DNA from: a virus
IMG/VR virus record: IMGVR_UViG_3300021440_000015
Span: 32,001-96,000 of that record
DNA length: 64,000 nt
Reading direction: 5' to 3' (one strand)
Positions 30,697 through 39,673 of the stretch are shown piece by piece. Under the pieces are notes generated by a model. The model did no database searches. It was not told the origin of the DNA and saw only the letters and a program-made list of their open reading frames with translations. A program made the position numbers and the translations under genes. Each line of letters starts with the position of its first letter. The stretch's first letter is position 1.

Positions 30697-30909
30697 ATGA
30701 TTCAATTCAACAAAGAAAACATCATTGCTTTTGCAGTGGGCGCCGCAGCAATCACTGTTGTCGATGCTGCCTGTCGCGCAATCTACCGCGCGCGCAAAAA
30801 CAAAAAAGCTGCAGAAGCCACAAACAAAGCAGCTGCAAAAGAAGCTGGCGAAACAGCAACCACTGCTGGCGAAACAGCAGCGGCAGCCGCCGCAGCTGCT
30901 GCAACCTAA
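30697..30909 (+). CDS. 70-aa Ala-rich small protein with N-terminal hydrophobic helix
   Basis: AAGGAG SD; MIQFNKENIIAFAVGAAAITVV...AAAAAAAAAT; followed by terminator 30922-30958. Confidence 0.65.
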   Translation: MIQFNKENIIAFAVGAAAITVVDAACRAIYRARKNKKAAEATNKAAAKEAGETATTAGETAAAAAAAAAT

Positions 30910-30960
30910 GTTGCTGCGGTCAAAAAAGACACCCTTTTTAGGGGTGTCTTTTTTTTTGCT

Positions 30961-33111
30961 TTAAACGCGTGTTGCGTCTGTGGCTCCGCTTAAAATAGAT
31001 GAGTTACCAACTATACCTTCTAATATATTACCGACTAATGTCCATGACAGTGAACCAGATGTGGTTGTGTCATGTATTATAGAAGCCCATTCTGCTGAAG
31101 AAGTTAATCTATTAAGTCTGAGCATTTCTTTAGCCATTCTTAATTTAGCCTTAGGGAAGGAAAAGAACTGGCTGTAAAGATCTTGACCAGCGAGAACTGC
31201 TAAATAGTCATGCAGGATATTATCTTCATCTAAAGTCATCTCAACTGTACTTCCAAAAATACCTGATGCGGTTAAAGGCATATGCATAATAGAAGACAGA
31301 TCAACAACTGTAAAGCTTACATCAAGGGCCAGTGCAGTACCTTTTGTATTGAAAGGTAGATTAGACGTGCCTCTTGTTATAGTGAGGGATTCTATCATAC
31401 CTAGTTTAATTTGACATCTACCCCTGTCGTACAGCTGACAGATCATAGGGCTACCATAAGCTGCCCTGCCTACTGACATAGGTAATGTACCAGCTAATAG
31501 CATACACAAAGGTATGTATATGTTCTGCATTTGAGACATCACGTTTCCATAAGGACTTATGAGTTTTATTTTATAACTTCCTGATGGTAAACGAGCATTT
31601 GAATTTTGCCAGTGTTTGGGTATGTCTATATAACCAGCACTAGCCAGACCCATTAAGAAATTAGAAACACCGAAAGTCACGCTGCTGAGTCCGCCAGATA
31701 CCATATCGCCTATGGCTCCTGTTACACTCTTAGCCATATCAGTTATAGTAGAGCTTAACAGATTACCATCTGCCAACGAAAAACGTATGTCCCTTATACT
31801 AGATGCTGTGCCGTTTAGCGTAGAGGATATTTGAGATTCCACACTAACGTTAGAAAAAGATTCTGTGACACTCCCAGTATTATCTACTTTAAAGATAGCA
31901 AATTGGCTACCTTGTCTAAACTCAGCATTAAAATATTCAGCAAAACCAGCTGGTGGTTCTTTAACTTGACTATTTTCTTTGGATGATGAATCTATTCTAG
32001 GGTCTAATTCAGTTTGACTAGCCTTACCATCCGGTGTTTCACTTTTGGTTTTATAGTAATCGGAACCAAGCATGAACTTACTGTTAAGCCAATTCCCAAG
32101 ATTACTGAATATATCATTCTCTCCTGGGTTAATATCAGTCAAAAGAACATCACTTCTTTTTTTCAAAAAGCCTTTATAAGCTGTAAGAGTGTCTTGTTTA
32201 TTGGCTTCGTATTCAGCCATAAATACTCTATTAGCTGTTCTTTGGGCTTTTGAAGCTATAGCGAAAACGTCTATGTAGTTAGCGTCATCTTCAGAAACAC
32301 CAGTAAATAGATCAGGCATCAGACCTCTGATTTCTTTAAGATATTCTTTATCTAATTCAAAAGGCTGACCACCAGCTTTTTGTGCAGTTTCATCTCTAAG
32401 AACTTTAGGCATCAATCCTCTGTTAATAGCTAAAGTATTGACAAGCACATTAACAGCTGACCAGTACATATTCATAGTTGGTTTCAATGAATAGAACTTT
32501 GTTGTAGGTCTGCCAAATATGGCAGTGGTCACATTACCTAAGAACACACCTAAAGCTATTAACGGAAATGCTCTGGCACCAATAAAGGTACCGGCAGCCT
32601 CACCTAGTTTATAAAAAAAGCTAATACCTCTGCCTGTTTTAGCTAAAGTAGCCATATTGCTATCATAGGCTCTTGTTAAAAAGTTTAAGAGCCCATTAAA
32701 CTGCGGAACACCAAATCTTAAAAAGATAGTTTGACTAGGGTCATCAATAGCTTCTGAATAGTATCTACCCATACCACTATTTCTTACTGACCCCACTGTG
32801 GGTTCAGTAAATACACTTTTATTTTTTCCTTGTCTTATATCAGCATATGGTGTAAAACCAGGTCTTGCATTCATCCCTATGTTGTTTCCAAGCTTAGTGC
32901 TTGTGAATTTTAAAGACGCTGAGGTGAAGTATCTGTTATAGATATCAGCCGCATCATCTATTTCAGAATCTGAAACTAAAAATGCCTGTTTGACCCAAGC
33001 TGCATCTCTTTGCAATCCTGAAGAATCACTTACTACCTTCTTAATAGGAAATATAGAACCACCATCTGGTGTTTCTACTATACCTGTATCTATAGTGATG
33101 TTGTTTGCCAT
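30961..33111 (-). CDS. tail/baseplate structural protein (phiKZ gp182-like)
   Basis: 716 aa directly downstream of the lytic tail protein; MGRYYSEAIDD, RFGVPQFN, SPYGN, GMIESLTITRG motifs. Confidence 0.7.
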   Translation of the reverse strand: MANNITIDTGIVETPDGGSIFPIKKVVSDSSGLQRDAAWVKQAFLVSDSEIDDAADIYNRYFTSASLKFTSTKLGNNIGMNARPGFTPYADIRQGKNKSVFTEPTVGSVRNSGMGRYYSEAIDDPSQTIFLRFGVPQFNGLLNFLTRAYDSNMATLAKTGRGISFFYKLGEAAGTFIGARAFPLIALGVFLGNVTTAIFGRPTTKFYSLKPTMNMYWSAVNVLVNTLAINRGLMPKVLRDETAQKAGGQPFELDKEYLKEIRGLMPDLFTGVSEDDANYIDVFAIASKAQRTANRVFMAEYEANKQDTLTAYKGFLKKRSDVLLTDINPGENDIFSNLGNWLNSKFMLGSDYYKTKSETPDGKASQTELDPRIDSSSKENSQVKEPPAGFAEYFNAEFRQGSQFAIFKVDNTGSVTESFSNVSVESQISSTLNGTASSIRDIRFSLADGNLLSSTITDMAKSVTGAIGDMVSGGLSSVTFGVSNFLMGLASAGYIDIPKHWQNSNARLPSGSYKIKLISPYGNVMSQMQNIYIPLCMLLAGTLPMSVGRAAYGSPMICQLYDRGRCQIKLGMIESLTITRGTSNLPFNTKGTALALDVSFTVVDLSSIMHMPLTASGIFGSTVEMTLDEDNILHDYLAVLAGQDLYSQFFSFPKAKLRMAKEMLRLNRLTSSAEWASIIHDTTTSGSLSWTLVGNILEGIVGNSSILSGATDATRV

Positions 33112-33166
33112 GTTTCACCTTTTCGGAAAAGTAGACAGGCGTTTAAAGCCTGTCTACTTTTTTATT

Positions 33167-36100
33167 TTAAACGGTTCTTCTTCTCAGGTCCAATGCCGGA
33201 TTTGGTAAAGTATCTTTCTTTTGAGCATCTGGCATCTTAGGAGAAGGTGCTGTTTGCTCAGAAGTAGGTTTCTCACTTGCTTGAGATTTACCAGCTATAA
33301 GGCTATGTATTTTACTCAAGACATCCAGCATTTGTTTTTGGACATTCAAAGAATCCCCAAGATTAGTATTCACAGTATTAAGATCCGTGTTATTATTTTT
33401 AACACTATCAGGAGCTGTTTTGACAACACCTTGTAGATCTGGGGCCTGTTGATAAGAACTAAAAGATTTCTTCTGAGGCACATCTTGATAAGATGTATTC
33501 TGAATACCTTCTTTAGGTTTATTATTCTCAGTTGGGTTTATAGTAGCTGTAGTCGACACTGCTGTATTTGTAGATGTCGGACTATCATCTGTTTTAGATT
33601 TCAACTGACCAAGTGCTTTACCACCGGCTTTATTTACTTTCTTTTTAAATAGCTCGTAGATTTCCGCCAGAGTCCTCGGACGTCTTCCGTCATAGAAGAT
33701 TTCTTTATTAGAACCAGCAGCCGCTGGAAATAACTGAGATCCAGGTACGTTAGGATGTGATGATAGAAATTTACTAGCACCAGCTGGTCCTAAGAAATGA
33801 GCCAGATATAAATCTAAATCATCGGGATTAGGTTTAACTTTAGATAGTGTTTCTATATTACTTTTAACATACTCACCTGCCATTAAACTGGCTGGTATGG
33901 GATCTGTAGGACTTGCATCCGTGGATACGTTATGTTTTCTGCCATATTTTCTTAATTGTTCCAACCACGTAGCTTTGGTGAATTGGAATAAACCTAAAGC
34001 AGAAGAGTTAGGATTCTTTGCGTTTGGATTCATGTTAGATTCCAGAACAGCAAAAGTCTTAAGTAAATTAGCATCAACACCTGTTGAAGAAGCAGCCTTT
34101 TGTATAGCTGTTTGAACATCAGAGTTTTTATTATCTGTGCTATTACCAGTAGAAGGTTTATTAGAGCCATCCTCACTACCAGTTACATTACCCATAGCGT
34201 CATAAGAAGCTGCGGGTGTTTGTTTGAGAACAGTAGCTGGCGGAGCCTTAGCTGCTTTAATAGAAGATTCGTTAGCCACACCTGTAAAATTACCTAAAGC
34301 GTCGTAAGACTCAGAATTATTAAAATAATTTTCCTGAGGTTTTTCTTCTTTAGGTTTAGGTGTCATAGCTTTACCGGCTATATTGACATCATCTTCTTTT
34401 AATTGATTATTGATGGTCCCATTAGCTGTAGATTCTAGCAAAGCTTTAGCCATATCATAGTTCCTACCAGATAGACCACCCTGCATAATAGTGCCATATC
34501 CACCACCACCGCGACCTATGCCATAATTTATAAGTTCAGATGCTTTACCAGGATCTGCTTTAGAATCTTTTAATGATAATTGAATACCAGCTGGTTCAAA
34601 ATGCCATGGTTCTGAACCAACAGGTCTTGTGAACCCGTATTTTTTCATCAGACCCATTTTATCAAGTTCGTTAAGTATAGTTCTATCAGCATCAAGTGCT
34701 AGACCGAATTCATGTAATGATTTTCCTGGTGGTGCTGACGTGCCAGGAGATCTTCTGTGTATCTCAGCTTGTTTCTGATAAGATCTAAATGCATCATTTA
34801 GAGAAACTTTCTTACCAGTTAGCTCACCATATTCCTGAGCCATAGCTAATAAATTCTTTTTAACGTCAGGGTGTAGGTTTTCTATATCCACCTCATCTTT
34901 TAAACTGATGAATTGCATTCCGGTACTACCATCACGCATGGGTCCATTAGCTAAGCCTGGTGTTTTAAAACCAGATAATGGAGTGTCGGTTTTACCTGTG
35001 TTGGTTTTATCCGATATTTTACCATCTTCACTGTCGGTGCTCACAGAAGCAGTTTTCTTATTGATTTTAGATGGTTTTATAAGATCTTCCTCAGGCTTAG
35101 TTATAAGCACTGGGGTTTTCTTCTTTTCAGCCTGTACTTCGTTTTCAGTTTTAACAGGTTCTGTTTTAACTAAATTAGAAACCTTAGCCAATAGGTTTCT
35201 AATCTCTATTTTAATAAGTTCTCGATTATCTGAAAGTTCTGCAACATCTTTAACAGGACTCACTTTTAAATCATGAGGTCCGTCGTCGAAAGATGTCAAT
35301 TCAAGATATCTTTTTAACTCAGTTGGCTTAAGTGTGTCTACCTTAGATAAAGATATCTTAGGATTGATTTTAGATAAAACTCTTAAATGGTTTATAAAAA
35401 AGAATTTGAATCTATCACTAAACCAAGCTTTTAACTTTTGGGTCTGTTCTTTATCTTCTTCATTAACACCAAAGATACCGGCTATATCTACCCATTTAAG
35501 ATTGTTTGATATTTTAGGCTCGTCGCCAGATAAAGACACATTATCATCTAACATCAGAGCTTCAAGCTCCATTAGTTTATGATGATGCTGGGAATGTTCG
35601 GGACGATTACTAAAGCCGTATTGATAAGCTCTATAAAGCTCGTATTTATTAAGATTGTTTTTGGTAAGGCTTTTATAGCCTTTGTAAAGGCCGTATCCAG
35701 CACCAGCTATGACCATAGCGGCTATACCAGGCGGTGATAATAACGCACCTAATGCAGCAGTACCTACAGCAGCAACAGCTCCCACAGCACCACCTAGGGT
35801 ACCGGCTGTCAAGGCTGTCAAAGCAGCTGGTAAAGCTCTTGCTATAGTAGGTAAGTTACTGACAACGGCTTTACCGACGCCAAATATACCATTACCGACA
35901 AATTTACTTACAGAAGCAAGTCCTCTAAATACGGTACCCACACCACTTATTAAACCGCCGATACCGGTTATCAGTCCTGATAATTTTCCAAGCAGATCAT
36001 TTAAAAGACCGCCTTCTCTATATTTAACAGTCATATCAGGTTTATGTTCCTGATTTGGTTCCTTATTCTGGCTGGGATCTTTATTAGATTTAAGTTTATT

Positions 36101-39100
36101 TAATCTATCTATCCAGGATCCGTCGCGTCTACCGCTTCCATCCTTATCATTGAATAGCTTTGTCTGCTGCCTGTCCTCTATTCGCTTAAGGCGCTCTTCG
36201 CGTGTTCCTTTTTCTGCCTTAACAGGTATTTTCTCACGTTTTGTTGCTACCGTTTGTGATTTTATACTAGATGAAGGTAATTTACCAGCAACACTTTTAA
36301 AAATACCTTTCAATAAAGAAGGTTTTTCATTTTTATTGCTTTGTTCTCTTCTAGTCTCTATTCGTTTAAGACGCTCTTCTCTAGTACCCTTTTCTGCCTT
36401 GGTAGGCATCTTTTCTTTTTCTTTGACAGAAGCAGGTTCTGAATTATCAGATACCATACTTGAGATACTACCTGAGATTTTATCTTTATAAACTTTCAAG
36501 TCTGCTGAAGCACCAGACTTATCCATAAGAGTTTTAAATTTATTATCTAATCCGGTTAACTTTACTATAGCAGCTAAACCATTTCTTCCTATGGCTTTTA
36601 TCAAAGTGCCTCTTGGATCGACAAGACCTTTAGCGATATCACTGCTCTGTAGGACAATATTACCTCTCTTGTCTATTACGTCGCCTTTTATATCTTCATA
36701 TTTAGATATAGGTTTACCAGAGGCTTTGTCAAAATAATAACCAGCGTCGGTTTTATGTTTTGTCATTCTAGGTAAAAATTCACCCTTTATATACAAATCA
36801 GTACCTATTACTGTATTTTTAGTTTCTCTATATATACCTTTAACATAAGCAACTGCTAATTTCTTAGTTATGTCAAAAGCTGCTTTACCAACATAACTGG
36901 TTACTTTAGCAGCGCCGCCTGCTAGTAACCCTAAGTTTTGCATACTTGAGTTTATGTTGTCTTTATTATCGGTTATATATTTAGTTACCTTCTGAGAAGT
37001 AACAGGCGCTTTCTTAACAAAAGCTTCTGTGAGCTTTCTACCTACTCTGCCAGAACCAACAGACATACTTTTCAATATATCTTTAATGGTGAGTGTTGAT
37101 TTGGATAATTCTTTAACGAAAGGTTTAGTTGGTTTTATTTCCTCAGACTGTACTAAGGATAGCTTAGCCATATCGTCTATTTTACCAGACATCGCCTCTG
37201 TCAAAGAAAGTGTGTTTTTTATATCCAGAGCGGTTTGTACTTCTGGATTTATTTTATTTTTCGATAACTGAGCAGAATCCGCACCAGCTTTAACTTTAGA
37301 AACATTTGTGATTTTATCGTCTAGCTGCTTAATAGCCGACATAGTTATGCCGTTTAAAGAAACCAAATCGATCTTTTTACCACCAGGCGCTACAGAGTCG
37401 CCAAGGTTACGTTTCACATCTTGAGCCATAGGACCGATTTTATAATCTGTGTCTTTTAAACCTGATGTTGTTTTATATTTCCAAGAAAAGTCTGGGATAT
37501 TCTTAATAGCAGTTAGAGCTTTAGACGAATCAAAAGGTTTTCTGTCTGTCTTGACATTAACATCAGAGACAGCCTCATCACTTTCAAATTCCATCTTAGT
37601 TAGGAACTTTTTATAGTTTTTAACATTAAGTTTATATTTACCATCTGATTCAAGAGTCACCAATCCTTGTTTAATCAGTTCCTTGTCTTGCCCAGCTGAT
37701 AATAGCTTGTTTATATCTGTTTGGACGTTCGGTGAATACTTTCTCATGGTAGCTATAGTTTCCATGAACTCATTTTTATTACCGATTGCGTCTCTATCTA
37801 TATCAGGATTATATTTTTGTGAGAATTTATCTTTGAACCTGGTTTGCTGCTCTGGACTAAGTTCCTTAAAACTTTCGGATCTCAGCAAAGCATCAGGACT
37901 GCTGTCACCTCTATGTTCTTTAGAGAAAGAGCTAAGTAACTTTTTAAAGGACTTTTCATCCTCACCAGTCAGCTGACCTTCAAATAACTTCTCTGTGAAG
38001 TCTTTAGCTGTTTTCTGATTGCCGTAACTAGTATCTTTTATTTTTTTCTTTAAACTAGCTAGAATGTCTTTAGACAAAGCGGTCTCAGTTTTAAATTCCC
38101 CAGTTAGTTTATCGAAAACTGTTAAAGAGGTTTTATCACCGAGTCTGGTAGTTTGCAATTCTCTATAGATCCTAGCTAAATATCCAGGTATTATTTCAGT
38201 TACGCTGATATTTAGATTATTATCTGTTTGCTTGTCTATAGTGGCTATATCACCAGCATAAGCTTTTTTAACATTTATTTTACTCTGTGCATCTGAAGGT
38301 GATAGTAATCCTAAAACATCATCAGCCACTGAGTAAGCCATCCCTTTAACTAAATTGTCGCTATATAAGCCATCTTCCATGGCCTCTGAATTTCTTATTT
38401 TGCCGACATACTCGAAAGGATTAGCTATGACACCGGCTAATTTTTTACCAGTTTCGTCTAGCTTAGGGAACTTCTTATTAAGATAAGTACTCATCTTACC
38501 ATATGGAAGTTTTTCCTTACCGTAGTCCATCATCATACTGGTGACAGCACCACCTGCTAACTTAAATGGCGATGATTGTCCAGCCATAGTTTCTTTAGCA
38601 TTGTAGACTTCTTCCGTCATAAAGGAAGCTTGCTCAACACCTTCTTTGAATTCATCTATTTTCTCTTTAGTATAAGAAGATATCTTTTCAAGCGTTTCAT
38701 CTAGCCAATCATTATCACCAAAGAGTCGTGTATTGATTCTATTGGCTAATCTTCTTTGCATCTCTTCTTTCATTATTTCACTTTTTTGAATTTTAGTGAA
38801 TTCTGGAAGAGCTGTATTTATAATGATGCCTTTAAATTGCTCAGATGATGTTTCTTGATATCTCTTTGTCGTAAAAAGTAATTCTTTTTGAACAAAAAAG
38901 GATCTTAATTGTAACTCAAGACTTTTCTTTTGATAGGCTTGAGTTATAGTGTCATTATAACTTGTTAATCTAGCTATATTGTCACTCATTGACGACAATA
39001 CGCCAAACTCTGATTCAAATCTTTTCTTAGTTAAATTTTCTTTAACAAGATCTTCGGCGTTGTCTCTTGCTCTTAACTTTAGATCAAGCTCTTGATTAAC

Positions 39101-39586
39101 TTTAAAAGTATCAGCTATTGTACTTTGAATAGAGCTTTCAAGAGCAGCTTCAGGGTTGTAACCGCTAGTTACATATTCTTCACCACCTGTAGCGTCTAGT
39201 AACTTATCGACTATTTTTCTTAAGAAGCCTTCTTCTTTAGGTACAAGCTTATCTATCTTTCTAGCTAGACCGTTTGCCTGAGGTTTTATTTCCTGGATAG
39301 ATTGATCATATAGCTTAGATATACCAGTAGTAATTTTTTCACCGGCGTTAAAGATCGTGGTATATTCCTTAGGTAGTGTTCTCTCAGCTATGTCTTTTAT
39401 AAAATTCACATCCTGAAGAGTATCACTTGCCTGAGAGATGACACCTTTGAAAACCTCAGATACGGGCTTTCTTTCTTTAGGGTTAGTAGCTTCTAAATCG
39501 TCAGGGAAATCAAAGTCACCAAAATCAAGTTCGTCATCAAGATCGAACTCATCTCTTTTTAATTTTTTCTTAACATCCTTAGCCAT
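33167..39586 (-). CDS. tape-measure-like lytic tail protein (phiKZ gp181-like) with M15 peptidase and lytic transglycosylase domains
   Basis: 2139 aa; central hydrophobic Gly/Ala region; M15 motifs RSYQKQ, SLHEFGLALD, EPWHFE; SLT motifs ESNMNPNA, GLFQF, YLAHFLG; divergent from vRNAP beta'. Confidence 0.85.
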   Translation of the reverse strand: MAKDVKKKLKRDEFDLDDELDFGDFDFPDDLEATNPKERKPVSEVFKGVISQASDTLQDVNFIKDIAERTLPKEYTTIFNAGEKITTGISKLYDQSIQEIKPQANGLARKIDKLVPKEEGFLRKIVDKLLDATGGEEYVTSGYNPEAALESSIQSTIADTFKVNQELDLKLRARDNAEDLVKENLTKKRFESEFGVLSSMSDNIARLTSYNDTITQAYQKKSLELQLRSFFVQKELLFTTKRYQETSSEQFKGIIINTALPEFTKIQKSEIMKEEMQRRLANRINTRLFGDNDWLDETLEKISSYTKEKIDEFKEGVEQASFMTEEVYNAKETMAGQSSPFKLAGGAVTSMMMDYGKEKLPYGKMSTYLNKKFPKLDETGKKLAGVIANPFEYVGKIRNSEAMEDGLYSDNLVKGMAYSVADDVLGLLSPSDAQSKINVKKAYAGDIATIDKQTDNNLNISVTEIIPGYLARIYRELQTTRLGDKTSLTVFDKLTGEFKTETALSKDILASLKKKIKDTSYGNQKTAKDFTEKLFEGQLTGEDEKSFKKLLSSFSKEHRGDSSPDALLRSESFKELSPEQQTRFKDKFSQKYNPDIDRDAIGNKNEFMETIATMRKYSPNVQTDINKLLSAGQDKELIKQGLVTLESDGKYKLNVKNYKKFLTKMEFESDEAVSDVNVKTDRKPFDSSKALTAIKNIPDFSWKYKTTSGLKDTDYKIGPMAQDVKRNLGDSVAPGGKKIDLVSLNGITMSAIKQLDDKITNVSKVKAGADSAQLSKNKINPEVQTALDIKNTLSLTEAMSGKIDDMAKLSLVQSEEIKPTKPFVKELSKSTLTIKDILKSMSVGSGRVGRKLTEAFVKKAPVTSQKVTKYITDNKDNINSSMQNLGLLAGGAAKVTSYVGKAAFDITKKLAVAYVKGIYRETKNTVIGTDLYIKGEFLPRMTKHKTDAGYYFDKASGKPISKYEDIKGDVIDKRGNIVLQSSDIAKGLVDPRGTLIKAIGRNGLAAIVKLTGLDNKFKTLMDKSGASADLKVYKDKISGSISSMVSDNSEPASVKEKEKMPTKAEKGTREERLKRIETRREQSNKNEKPSLLKGIFKSVAGKLPSSSIKSQTVATKREKIPVKAEKGTREERLKRIEDRQQTKLFNDKDGSGRRDGSWIDRLNKLKSNKDPSQNKEPNQEHKPDMTVKYREGGLLNDLLGKLSGLITGIGGLISGVGTVFRGLASVSKFVGNGIFGVGKAVVSNLPTIARALPAALTALTAGTLGGAVGAVAAVGTAALGALLSPPGIAAMVIAGAGYGLYKGYKSLTKNNLNKYELYRAYQYGFSNRPEHSQHHHKLMELEALMLDDNVSLSGDEPKISNNLKWVDIAGIFGVNEEDKEQTQKLKAWFSDRFKFFFINHLRVLSKINPKISLSKVDTLKPTELKRYLELTSFDDGPHDLKVSPVKDVAELSDNRELIKIEIRNLLAKVSNLVKTEPVKTENEVQAEKKKTPVLITKPEEDLIKPSKINKKTASVSTDSEDGKISDKTNTGKTDTPLSGFKTPGLANGPMRDGSTGMQFISLKDEVDIENLHPDVKKNLLAMAQEYGELTGKKVSLNDAFRSYQKQAEIHRRSPGTSAPPGKSLHEFGLALDADRTILNELDKMGLMKKYGFTRPVGSEPWHFEPAGIQLSLKDSKADPGKASELINYGIGRGGGGYGTIMQGGLSGRNYDMAKALLESTANGTINNQLKEDDVNIAGKAMTPKPKEEKPQENYFNNSESYDALGNFTGVANESSIKAAKAPPATVLKQTPAASYDAMGNVTGSEDGSNKPSTGNSTDNKNSDVQTAIQKAASSTGVDANLLKTFAVLESNMNPNAKNPNSSALGLFQFTKATWLEQLRKYGRKHNVSTDASPTDPIPASLMAGEYVKSNIETLSKVKPNPDDLDLYLAHFLGPAGASKFLSSHPNVPGSQLFPAAAGSNKEIFYDGRRPRTLAEIYELFKKKVNKAGGKALGQLKSKTDDSPTSTNTAVSTTATINPTENNKPKEGIQNTSYQDVPQKKSFSSYQQAPDLQGVVKTAPDSVKNNNTDLNTVNTNLGDSLNVQKQMLDVLSKIHSLIAGKSQASEKPTSEQTAPSPKMPDAQKKDTLPNPALDLRRRTV

Positions 39587-39673
39587 TTTGGGTAATCCTT
39601 TTTAGGCTGATACAAAAGTTTTCATAAGATTCATTTTAGATTTGATAAAATGGAGCTTTTAAAGAGGAAAAAC

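Noticed and set aside
30651-30964. Alternative-frame ORFs of 96 aa and 79 aa over the Ala-rich gene
   Set aside because: Only the ATG at 30697 has a well-placed AAGGAG; the other frames are open because of low complexity
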